Of a stretch of 64,000 nt of DNA, positions 1 through 11,200 are shown piece after piece. The stretch spans positions 1,550,001 to 1,614,000 of the forward strand of contig OZ237738.1 in the NCBI GenBank assembly GCA_965178125.1, read 5' to 3'. The notes beneath the pieces were generated by a model. It ran no database searches. It saw nothing but the letters and a program-made list of their open reading frames with translations, and was not told where the DNA came from. The position numbers and the translations under genes are program-made. Numbering within the stretch: position 1 is the first letter of the stretch; every line of letters begins with the position of its first letter. The stretch comes from Bilabrum cf. latius. Taxonomy: Eukaryota.

Positions 1-25
1 TGAAATAAACTACAGGCTAATGTTG

Positions 26-1231
26 TCACGCAGTCTCGTTCCAAGCCCAGGGCCTCGTCGGGTCCGGCCTCCCCGCCGCGTGCTGCTGCAGCACTGCCAG
101 TAGCTCCAGGGCCGCCTCCTTGGGCTGGTAGTCCACGTCAAAGGGGAGCGGGTACTGGTCCGTCCCCAGCCATGTGCGCCTGTCCGTGAATCCCCACGCG
201 ATGAACGCGTTGCAGCCGGGCCCCTTGCCCGGCTCGCTGGCCTTGGCCGCCAGGCACGCCGTGAGCGCGTCCCCGTATACCTTGGCTTGCTTCTCCCTCT
301 CTTTCTGGTTCTCGGCCCCGGGCCCGCACTTGGGGCAGCGCACGTCCATCTCTGTGATCTGCGAGGCCAGGCCCATGGCGGCGAGCTGCTTTAGGTTCGC
401 GAGCACCTCCTGCGGGTTGCGCGGCTGGTCCACCGTGACGTGCATCTGCAGCCCCACGCCGTCGATGGGGATGCCCTTGGCCTGCATGTCCTTCACGTAC
501 TCCACCTGCCGCTGGGACTTGTACGAGTCGGCCTGCTCCGCGCCGTAGTCGTTCACGAACAGAGCCAGGGCCGGCCAGCCGTCGGGGGTCTGCCGGCCCA
601 GCCCCGCGGCATCGCGCGCGGCCCCCGCCGCCTGGAATGCCACGTGGACGTAATCGGGGAGCTTGGGGTACCAGGTGTTGTTCTTCAGGTCTGCGTGCGC
701 CGGCCAGCACTGCTCGGTGCTCTGGCAGAACGGCTCGTTGACCACGTCCGTCACGAAGGGGATCTGGCCGACCGAATGGATCATCTCCGTCACGTGCTGT
801 GTGAGGGCCTGCTTCAGCTCCGCGCCGTCGAGGTTCTTGAGCCAGTCAGGGTTGTAGCTACCCCAGCAGAGATTGTGCAATCGGACATTCCCTTGCATGA
901 TGTCGTGCGACCACTTCTAGCTGTATGAACACTCAGTGGTGTTTAGGGCCGCCGGGGGCGGCAGCGGCTGCGTCTCTTGCCACTTGCAGCCGTTGCCCAG
1001 CACCGTCGTGTCGAACTACGTTTTCAATGTGTACTCATACATGGGATCGGACTAGTTCACCATGAACTTGTAGTTGTGCTCGGCGCCAATATAGATCCCA
1101 GCAGCGAGCGCCGCTTCGCGCAGCGTTTGGTTCATTTTCTGCAGACCGACATGCTTGTACAGCAGCTCTGCAGTACTGGTTCCAAGTGTGCTAAGAACGA
1201 ATGCCGCAGCAGCAGCTGTTGAGACCTTCAT
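26..1231 (-). CDS. Secreted glycoside hydrolase family 10 (endo-xylanase-like), ~401 aa, 3 in-frame TAG
   Basis: ORFs 1052..1318 and 26..898 share one frame broken only by TAG. Signal-peptide-like start MKVSTAAAAAFVLS. GH10 motifs *FDTTVLGNGCKW, RLHNLCW, DVVNEP (acid/base Glu), LFVNDY, PIDGVGLQMH, QITEMDV (nucleophile Glu). Ends at TGA. Confidence 0.85.
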
Positions 1232-1349
1232 TGAACCAATTTTTGCCGCAGTTGCACCTTGGTGCATCCCAAGCAGCCTGCTGAGCGTGACGATGACGCG
1301 CCTTGGATCCACACACACACACTACACTGTCGCCCACGAAGCACTCGCA

Positions 1350-1481
1350 ATGATGCGACCCATGATGCACAATACTCGCTGGTCTGGACATCATCTGCCT
1401 CGATAGGTTCGCAGCTATTCCGCATGTACGTGTGCTACAAACGTGCCTACCGTACACCAAATCAATCATCGTCGTTCGTGA
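1350..1481 (+). pseudogene. Truncated, diverged 5' remnant of the coiled-coil gene found at 2365 and 4182
   Basis: MMRPMMHNTRWSGHHLPR*VR aligns with MMRAAKHTRWFGHHLSR*VR of the downstream copies, including the same TAG position, then runs into the duplicated NIPBL 3' fragment. Confidence 0.5.
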
Positions 1482-2079
1482 GATCGAGAGGCACCGACTG
1501 GGTCCCTTCAATGCCCTCCACGGCCTCCCTCACCCTGGCCTGCGCGCGAGCAGCGGCCCCGCGCTGAGGCCGGGAGGCCCTTGCGGCGGCAGCCACGCTG
1601 GCGCTGACACCTCCATCATGTTCGCCCTCGGAGCCGTTGCCATCATTATCATCGTGGTCCTCGTCTTCATCGTCTTCATCGCTGTCCACCCACTGCGCCT
1701 GCCTCTTGCGCCCCTTGCCCCTGCCCCTGCCCGTCGACCTGCCGCCCCTGCCACTGCCCCTGCCCCTGCTCCTGCCCCTGCCCCTGCCCCTGCCCCTGCC
1801 CCTGGAGCTGCGGAGCTTGCTGGCAGCCTTGCGGCGGCTGGCGGGCTTGCGAGAGGCGCCGCGCCCTCCCGCTCCCTTCCTTGCGGAACCGGGCGCCCCG
1901 GCCCCACCCATCGCACCAAGCGACACGGGCAACTCGGCGGCCCCATCGGCCCGGGCCAGCCGCAGGCAGGCACGAGCCAGACGAGCGGCCTCTGCGACTG
2001 GAGAGAACTGGCACCAGGGTGCTTCGCCACTCGTCACGCCGCAATCGGAGACGCTGCACCCCGCCTCGTCCACACAGGC
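1462..2079 (-). pseudogene. Duplicated 3' fragment of NIPBL (copy 1)
   Basis: Encodes ACVDEAGCSV...LDLTNDDD*, matching the last ~200 codons of the gene ending at 5201; upstream NIPBL sequence is absent. Confidence 0.75.
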
Positions 2080-2364
2080 CAGACGAGGAACATATGGCCG
2101 GTCCCACATGCTACCAGCTGGCAAAGCTTGTTCCGGAATATCGAACCTTCCATGAGGCGTCTGGCGCGCCTCCCGCCGTGCTTGCCGCTCGGACGAAAAG
2201 TTTAGACTGTCGAAGCATGGCATGCCAATTCCCACAGCCCAGGACCGGTAGAAGCCCGGAGCCAGGGCTCGAGGTTTCGAGGTTCCGGCGGTGCAAGCGC
2301 GGCGCCAGCAAGTCGGCGTCTTGCGACTCGGTGCGCAGGAAGTGTTTTTCGCGAAACACTTGCC

Positions 2365-3081
2365 ATGATGCGAGCCGCGAAGCATACTCGCTGGTTTGGA
2401 CATCATCTGTCTCGCTAGGTTCGCATCGTTCCTGCACTGAGTGCCACATGCGTTGAAAACATTGTTACCGACCCTCATGCAGCGGTGCACACTTCCAGTG
2501 CAGCTTTAGGGGTTCAAGCAGACCTAGAGGCAATTGCAGCTAAGTCTTCTGCTTTCTGGACAGGCCTGGCTCTACTGGGTGCTGGGGGTGGTGCAGTGCT
2601 CATCGCGGTTGGAATTCGCGATTACGCGGTGGACCAGAAGCAGACTGAGATACAAAAACTGGAAACGAAGCTGGAGAGCAAAATGAACGAGAATACAGCC
2701 CGTATCGAGAATCGCATGGACAAGATGGAGTGGAAGCTTGACCACAAGCTGGACAAGATGGAGTGGAAGCTTGACCACAAGCTGGACAAGATGGAGTGGA
2801 AGCTTGACCACAAGCTGGACAAGATGGAGTGGTAGCTTGACCACAAGCTGGACAAGATGGAGTGGAAGCTGGACAAGATGGAGTGGAAGCTTGACCACAA
2901 GATGGACATGGTGCTGAGCATTCTTGCGATGCAGGCATCATCAGCTGGAAGGCTCGGCACTCCTCCTGCCGCCGGGACGGATGGTGTATCCACGGATAGT
3001 CCAAATCCTGGCAGTGGGGGTGGAAGTGCGGGCGGAGCTGACGTTAATCCCGAAGAGGATGGGCGCGATGGCAGGGTATGA
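2365..3081 (+). CDS. Single-TM coiled-coil protein with 11-residue repeats (DKMEWKLDHKL), possible mitochondrial presequence; copy 1
   Basis: Open from ATG 2365 to TGA 3081 with 2 TAG. Arg-rich N-terminus lacking acidic residues, hydrophobic FWTGLALLGAGGGAVLIAVGI, 33-nt tandem repeats. Copy 2 is 21 nt longer, preserving frame. Confidence 0.65.
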
Positions 3082-3329
3082 CAGTAGGGAGTCGTGAACA
3101 GGTGAACGTGGTTCACGAGTCGAGCCGGGTTGTTGTGTGTTGTTGAGTTGTTGAACAGATTACTAATGGATTTGCACGTACTGTTAGGCGTCACGAAGCC
3201 GCTGTTGATTTTCCTCCATCCATGCCACCCCACCGCAAGTTGAAAAGTTGACGGTGATGGCCGAGGCTACGCAATGGATGGCTCAGGCTGCGCCGAGAAT
3301 CGGAATTCTGTTGACTGGCGTATACCAAA

Positions 3330-3896
3330 TCAATCATCGTCGTTCGTGAGATCAAGGGGCACCGACTGGGTCCCTTCAATGCCCTCCACGGCCTCCCTCA
3401 CCCTGGCCTGCGCGCGAGCAGCGGCCCCGCGCTGAGGCCGGGAGGCCCTTGCGGCGGCAGCCACGCTGGCGCTGACACCTCCATCATGATCGCCCTCGGA
3501 GCCGTTGCCATCATTATCATCGTGGTCCTCGTCTTCATCGTCTTCATCGCTGTCCGCCCACTGCGCCTGCCTCTTGCGCCCCTTGCCCCTGCCCCTGCCC
3601 CTGCCCCTGCCCCTGCCCCTGGAGCTGCGGGGCTTGCTGGCAGCCTTGCGGCGGCTGGCGGGCTTGCGAGAGGCGCCGCGCCCTCCCGCTCCCTTCCTTG
3701 CGGAACCGGGCGCCCCGGCCCCACCCATCGCACCAAGCGACACGGGCAACTCGGCGGCCCCATCGGCCCGGGCCAGCCGCAGGCAGGCACGAGCCAGACG
3801 AGCGGCCTCTGCGACTGGAGAGAACTGGCCCCGGGGTGCTTCGCCACTCGTCACGCCGCAATCGGAGACGCTGCATCCCGCCTCGTCCACACAGGC
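3330..3896 (-). pseudogene. Duplicated 3' fragment of NIPBL (copy 2)
   Basis: Same as copy 1 but with a shorter (GGGGCA)n Arg-Gly tract. Confidence 0.75.
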
Positions 3897-4181
3897 CAGA
3901 CGAGGAACATATGGCCGGTCCCACATGCCACCAGCTGGCAAAGCTTGTTCCGGAATATTGAACCTTCCATGAGGCGTCTGGCGCGCCTCCCGCCGTGCTT
4001 GCCGCTCGGACGAAAAGTTTAGACTGTCGAAGCATGGCATGCCAATTCCCACAGCCCAGGACCGGTAGAAGCCCGGAGCCAGGGCTCGAGGTTTCGAGGT
4101 TCCGGCGGTGCAAGCGCGGCGCCAGCAAGTCGGCGTCTTTCGACTCGGTGCGCAGGAAGTGTTTTTCGCGAAACACTTGCC

Positions 4182-4919
4182 ATGATGCGAGCCGCGAAGC
4201 ATACTCGCTGGTTTGGACATCATCTGTCTCGCTAGGCTCGCATCGTTCCTGCATATACGTGGTTAACAAGGCACCTGAGTGCCACATGCGTAGTAAACAG
4301 TGTTTCCGACCCTCATGCAGCGGTGCACACTTCCAGTGCAGCTTTAGGGGTTCAAGCAGACCTAGAGGCAATTGCAGCTAAGTCTTCTGCTTTCTGGACA
4401 GGCCTGGCTCTACTGGGTGCTGGGGGCGGTGCAGTGCTCATCGCGGTTGGAATTCGCGATTACGCGGTGGACCACAAGCAGACTGAGATACAAAAACTGG
4501 AAACGAAGCTGGAGAGCAAAATGAACAAGAATACAGCCCGTATCGAGAATCGCATGGACAAGATGGAGTAGAAGCTTGACCACAAGCTGGATAAGATGGA
4601 GTGGAAGCTTGACCACAAGCTGGACAAGATGGAGTGGAAGCTTGACCACAAGCTGGACAAGATGGAGTGGAAGCTTGACCACAAGCTGGACAAGATGGAG
4701 TGGAAGCTGGACAAGATGGAGTAGAAGCTTGACCACAAGATGGACATGGTGCTGAGCATTCTTGCGATGCAGGCATCATCAGCTGGAAGGGTCGGCACTC
4801 CTCCTGCCGCCGGGACGGATGGTGTATCCACGGATAGTCCAAATCCTGGCAGTGGGGGTGGAAGTGCGGGCGGAGCTGACGTTAATCCCGAAGAGGATGG
4901 GCGCGATGGCAGGGTATGA
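4182..4919 (+). CDS. Single-TM hendecad coiled-coil protein, copy 2
   Basis: Paralog of 2365..3081; ATG 4182 to TGA 4919 with 3 in-frame TAG. Confidence 0.65.
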
Positions 4920-4974
4920 CAGTAGGGAGTCGTGCACAGGTGAACGTCACGGTGGCTCACGAGTCGAGTCGAGC

Positions 4975-5026
4975 CGAGTTGTTGAGTTGTTGAGTTGTTG
5001 AGTTGTTGAGTTGTTGAGTTGTTGAA
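4975..5026 (+). repeat. (GTTGTTGA)n 8-mer microsatellite
   Basis: About 6 tandem copies; the equivalent site in the first unit (~3128-3156) is shorter and degenerate. Confidence 0.85.
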
Positions 5027-5200
5027 CAGATTACTAATGGATTTGCGCGTACTGTTTGGCGTCACGAAGCCGCTGGTGATTTTCCTCCATCCATGCCACC
5101 CCACCGCAAGTTGAAAAGTTGACGGTGATGGCCGAGGCTACGCAATGGATGGCTCAGGCTGCGCCGAGAATCGGAATTCTGTTGACTGGCGTACACCAAA

Positions 5201-8200
5201 TCAATCATCGTCGTTCGTGAGATCAAGGGGCACCGACTGGGTCCCTTCGGTGCCCTCCACGGCCTCCCTCACCCTGGCCTGCGCGCGAGCAGCGGCCCCG
5301 CGCTGAGGCCGGGAGGCCCTTGCGGCGGCAGCCACGCTGGCGCTGACACCTCCATCATGTTCGCCTTCGGAGCCGTTGCCATCATTATCATCATGGTCCT
5401 CGTCTTCATCGTCTTCATCGCTGTCCGCCCGCTGCGCCTGCCTCTTGCGCCCCTTGCCCCTGCCCCTGCCCGTCGACCTGCCGCCCCTGCCCCTGCCCCT
5501 GCCCCTGCCCCTGCCCCTGCCCCTGCCCCTCGAGCTGCGGGGCTTGCTGGCAGCCTTGCGGCGGCTGGCGGGCTTGCGAGAGGCGCCGCGCCCTCCCGCT
5601 CCCTTCCTTGCGGAACCGGGCGCCCCGGCCCCACCCATCGCACCAAGCGACACGGGCAACTCGGCGGCCCCATCGGCCCGGGCCAGCCGCAGGCAGGCAC
5701 GAGCCAGACGAGCGGCCTCTGCGACTGGAGGGAACTGGCCTCGGGGTGCTTCGCCACTCGTCACGCCGCAATCGGAGACGCTGCACCCCGCCTCGTCCAC
5801 ACAGGCGGGCAGCTCCTCCGCCGCCAGCGCCAGCGCGACTTGGAAGGAGGGCAGGGGCCCGCCCCCTCTGATCCTAGGGGTCTCGTTGGCCGACGTGGCC
5901 GGACCCCTGGCCCCCCTGCCCCCTCTCGGGGGCACGAATGCCTCGATCTTCTTCTGGCTCAGGTCGTAGGCTCTGCGCAGGGCATCCCTGGCCCTCGCCA
6001 GGACGCACAGCTCGGAGCATTCCAGCACAAGTGCCCAGGCGCGGCGCCGGGCTGCAGCGCTCCCTGCCGCGACATGTGCCTTGCCTCTCGCGCGAGCCGC
6101 ACCCGGCGCGCCGCTGCCCCCCTGCAGCGAGTCCATGTCCAGCGGTGGCGAGCCCATGGTGTCCGTGAGCATGAGCTCCTCTCTCACCAGCGAGGAGACA
6201 CCCCCTTCATCCCCACCGTCCTCGTCCTCCTCCTCATCGCCCCCTTCACCCTCCATAGCAACCTGCTCCTGGGCACCTGCCCCGGCAGCCGCTGGCGGCT
6301 CCTCTTCGTCGTCGGCGTCATCGCCCGGTCCGCGCGGGGGCAGCTCATGCCCAGCCCTCCCAGCCTCGGCCTTGGCCAGCCGCAGCAGTGCGCGAGGGGC
6401 CAGCTCGCCGCGCCTCGCCAGCCGCTCGGACGCCGCCCGCACGGCCAGCAGGACGGCCTCCTCAGTGTCCAGGGGCAGGGAGGCCAGTGCCTCGCCCACG
6501 AAGCGGAGGAAGCTGCGGCGGTGCCTCTGCACCCGGGCGCTCGCAAGAGCCGCGGCCTGCTGCGGGGGCAGTGCCAGCTACCTGGCGATCCTCTGTATGG
6601 CCGCCTCTGCGGGGCAGGGCACGGCCCTCGAGTCAAGCAAGGACATGACACCACGGACAGTGGCATCTCTCAGACGAGGAGCCCCCTGCCGCAGGCACTC
6701 GGCCCAGAGGGTGGTGGTGAGTGCTGGCCGAGGCAGGCGGGCAGAGGCCTCCCCCGCCCGACTGGCGGTCGCCACGGCGCGGGCCCTCCTCGCTGCGAGC
6801 TCGTCTTGCTGCTGCTGCTGCTGCTGCTGCTTGTGGTTGGACCCGTTGCCACCGTCCTGGGCTTCTCCTGATCCAGCCGCAGATGCTGTGCCTGCAGCGG
6901 AGACGGCACCGGCGGTCCGATCAGCCTCTCCGGCCAGCGTCTGCGAGGCAAAAAAGGCCTCCAGCTCAAGGGGTGCCGGGCTCGGGGGTAGGCCGGGAGT
7001 CCCCGCGGGGCCCGTCGCCGCCAGCTGCATCGTGGGCTCCACCGCGGTCGAAGCGCCCATGTGCAGCATCTGCAGGGCGAAGCCGTCCACCATCCCGCGG
7101 GTGAGTCCATTCCAGACTGCGTGCGGGTGCTTCTGCGTGATGCGGGCGCACACCTTGGAGGCCTGGGCACGGGCGCGCTTCTGCCGCCGCAGTGCCACTT
7201 GCCACTCCTGCGCCCTGCGCGCCTCGTGCTGCTGCCGCTGTACCAGAGCCTGCTGCTGCTGATGCTGCTGCTGCTGGGTGCTTCCATCGCTGGGTGCCGG
7301 AGGAGAAGGCACGGCCGCGGGTGGGGGCGGCAGCACGAACTGCAGGGCGCACAGGGGCGCCGCGGCTTCCTCTGGCCCCGCCACACCCTGCGACAGGGCC
7401 TCATCCACCAGGTTGAGAGCTGCCTGACGGATGGCATGCCTCGAGTCGAAGAGCATCCCCCGTAGCAAGGGAAGGTGCTTCTGCACGCAGCCCAGCAGCA
7501 CAGAAACGTCTCTGTCTCCCAGCGCCATCACGGCGGCGTGGGTGGGACCCGTGCCACTCGAGGACGAGGACGCGGACGAGGACGAGGACGAGGGTGCTGC
7601 TGCTGGAGCCCCTGCCCCCCCTGCCCCCTGCCTGGCAGCGAGCCCCTGCTTGGCCCTCTCGTCGTGCGCCCGCAGCAGCTCCAGGAAGCCCACGAGCACA
7701 GTCCGCCGGAGGGTAGGGTCCCTGTGCCCCGCCGCGTGCTCCACGAGACGCTCGGCCGCGGGGGCCAGCACAGCCCGGGGGCACTGTGCCCCGAGGAACA
7801 AGAGGCCGCGGAGGCACCGGGCCTGCAGGGTGGGGTCGGGCACGGCCGTCCACGACAGCAGCATGGCTCCCACCGCCTCGTGGGCGGAGGAGGGGCGCAG
7901 CGCAAGGTCCACGGGCGCATTGGCCAGTCCCGCGAGAGGGGGGCCATCCAGCGGGTCGCCATACCCCGCCCCACCAAAGGCCCTGGAGCGGGGCGAGCCC
8001 TGTCCGTCGGCAGGGGCGCTGCCCTAGCGCGAATTCGCCCCGGCAATGCGCCCCGGCCTGCCCTCCGCACCCCCGTGCATGGGGGGCTGCCCCCCTGGCG
8101 GCGTGCCCCGCGAGCCCTCGCCGCCACTTCCCTCGTCGTCCTCGTACTGCTCCTCGTCCCCGATCGGGTCCTCGTCTCGCCCCGCATCCCCCCCATCTCC

Positions 8201-11200
8201 AAGGCCCAGCCTGCTTGCCAGCTTGATGCCTGCTCCAGCAGAAGAAGGGATCACACCATCCCCACCCCTGCCCGCCGCAGACTTGACCGGGGTGCCCACC
8301 CCGTGCCCCTCCTCGCTCGGCCCCTGCCCACCCCCGGTGCCTACCCCCGGGCCATCGTCGGGCAGGTCAAACCGCACGAAGCGGCACAGCAGGCCCACCC
8401 CGTACAGAGCCACCTGCACCCCCCTGTGCATCTCCACCCGCTGCCGCAGCCCCTTGGTCCAGATGCGGCGCACCTCGGCGAGGATCTGCCTGCGCCTCTG
8501 AGGGCTGCCGGCCGCCTTCTGCAGCGCGGCCTGGTTCCGCTTCCGCAGCAGCTCTTCGGCTGCCCTTGCCTCCTGCAGGGCCCGCCACCACTGCGTCAGC
8601 ATGCCCCGGGCCCAGCCGCGGAGGGAGCGCGCCGTGTTCCCTGCCGCGGGTCCGGCCGATACCGGGCTGGCCCCAGGCATGGGCGATCCGGGGGCCGCGT
8701 CACTGGCCACGTCACCGCCGGCGGCCTTGCCTCCTCCCGCCTGTTCCCCCGCGCCATCTCCTCCCATTTCCACCCCGTCCTCCTCCTTGGGCTCGGGTTC
8801 CTCGATGCCCAGCAGCTCCCGGGCCGCTCGCGCAGAGGTGGGGTACTCCGCTGGGAACGCGTCCGAGGCGAGCACGGCTGCACCCAGCAGAGCCGCGGAT
8901 GCCTCCATGAGGGCGGGCTGCATGGAGCCGTGCAGCAGGGCGTGCACCTCCAGCACGCAGCCAGCTAGCACCTCCCGGGCGGGCGGGTGCCACTGCTGGA
9001 GCAGCGTGGCGAGCGTCAGGCAGGCGCGGTGCTGCAGTCGCCAGGTGAGCGAGCGCCACCCGTCCGGTGGGCTGGCAGCGCCGCTGGCCGTGGGACCCTC
9101 CTCGGTTGTTGTCTGTGGAGTCCTCAGCAAAGCCAAGATGGCTCTCACGTGGGGCATGACCAGCCGCGCGTCAGCCTCCGCAAGGATCTGCAGGGCCGCA
9201 GCTGCACCCCCGGCCTGCTCCCAGCGCCAGAGGGACAGGCCCTCCTGCGTGCTCTCCTCCTCGCTGCGGGGGTCCTCTGCCGATGCGGCCGTGGCGGCAG
9301 CTGCAGAGGCTCCCTTGGCCATGGCCGCGCTGCGCCGCTGCACCCTTCTCAGCTGAGACACCTCGATGACCGCCGATGTCAGCTCTCCCCCGTCGGCCGG
9401 CTTGGCGCGGGAGACACCGAGTCGTAGGGCGTGCAGCCAGCGCACCAGGGAGCTCGCGAGTGCCGATGCCTGCGCCCATGCAGAGTCCAGGCCTGTCCCG
9501 TCCGGCCCTGCATCCATGGCTGCCTCCGCAGTGGCTGCCTGGTCGTCAGCGTCTTGCGGGGGGGAGGAGGGTCCTCCCGACTCGTCTTCCTTGGGGTCCT
9601 GCATGGGTGGCTGGTGCTGCTGGTGCTGCTGGTGCTGCTTGGACTGCCGGGCCTGCAAGCTGCGCCCCCGGCTGCCCGACCCCGCCCCCGCCCTGCGCCT
9701 GCCTGATCCAGGGCCTCTCGATGACGAGGAGGGGGACGGGGATGGGGCGGGCAAGGTGGAGGACGAGGAGGAGAGCTTCCCATTGCCCGTGCCTGGGGGC
9801 CCCTCTGCTGCCGCCCTCTCCACCAGCCGGACCAGGGAGGACCTGAGCCACCCAAGGTCTGCCCCTTCCCCTATGGACCGGGAGCCGCAGGACCGCAGGC
9901 AGCGGGCAGCCACCGCGGCGATCTCCGCGGCGCGGGCGTCCACCTCCCTGACGGCCGCCAGCGCCTCTGAGGTGGGGCCGGTGGACGAGGCCGGCTACCG
10001 GCGCGATCCCTTGCCCCTCGCACGGACGCTCCCTGCGGCCGCCCTGGCGGCGTTGCTGGGCGGGGCTCCCCAGATGGCGTCAAAGGTGGCGGCCACGTCG
10101 GCGTGCACAGAGTCCTCCTCCTCCTCGTCCGAGGCCAGGCGCATGAGGGCCTGCAGGGCTTGCAGCCGGTGCGAGCGGCTCTCCGCCGCCTGTTTCTGGG
10201 ACTTGACTCCGCCCTTGGCCTGCAGTCGGGACAGCGCGCCCGCCGACAGGGCGCCAGCAGAGAGCGCCCCCCTCAGGATGGCGATGGCCGCCCTCCGCAC
10301 ACTCACCCCATCGTCCTGCAGGCGGGACAGGATCGGGCCCAGGTAGGCCTTGAGCGTGCCCTGACCATGGGCCTGGGCCTAGGCCCCTTGCTCCTGTGCC
10401 CCATGCTCACTCTCATCGCCGCCCTCCTGTTCCCCAGCACGCCTGGCCTCTTCCGCCACGCAGTCGCCCACCACTGCGAGCGCCTCCGCGCGCACGGACC
10501 GGCCGGCATCCGAGAAGCACGAGCTGACCGCAGCTCTAACCCGCTCATCAGATAGCACGGATGCGTCACCCTGGGCTACGCTCCGCAGTGCCCTGAGGGC
10601 GTGCTGCTTGACCTTGGCCCCTCCCGCCTGGAAGCTTGCCAGCAGCTGGTGCAGCATGGAGGCTGCGGCGGTTGCCATGGGACCGCACGAGGCGTCCTGC
10701 GATAGGTGGGAACAAAATGAATCGTACGAGGCGACACTGTCAGAGTACCATGCATCAGCAACCCTCCGCGGATTGAAGGCAAGGCACCAGAATGCAATGC
10801 TTGCAAACAAAAAAAGCTGCGCTACCGACTGCGAGGATTGAACTCGCGACCCCCAGTTTACAAGACTGGTGCTCTACCACTGAGCTAAACCGGCGTCATC
10901 CATCGTCGCGAATACAAAAAATACAATAAAAGGAAAATCAGCCGCAATACTCACATGCCACGAGAACGCGAAGACGGCTCGCTCGCATGCAACCTGGCAT
11001 CCGCGGCGCTGCATCGGGGCAACCTTTGCAATCGTCCATTCAGCCTCCCATAGGCTCCTGTGAAATCAGAGTAGTCATGAAGCAGGACTCGGGTCCTCGG
11101 TGAAGACGGCAATGAGAGCGGAGGAGTCGACCTTGAACAATCTCACAACTCAGTGTCAGAATCGGCTGCCATGGCATCATGCATCCACTGAGCTAGCCAG

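Larger units (their letters stand above)
1452..5806. repeat. Tandem segmental duplication with ~1.87 kb period; NIPBL 3' end present three times
   Basis: Near-identical blocks with the NIPBL stop at 1462, 3330 and 5201. Identity with the intact gene ends at ...ccacacaggc (2079, 3896, 5806). Confidence 0.95.

Noticed and set aside
2716-2910. 33-nt repeats as a CRISPR array
   Set aside because: Head-to-tail repeats without spacers, in-frame coding, eukaryotic context.
1462-4371. Chimeric minus-strand ORFs of 342 and 297 aa as new genes
   Set aside because: Their recognisable part is the duplicated NIPBL tail and their 5' part is antisense to the coiled-coil gene and its upstream region; no independent support.
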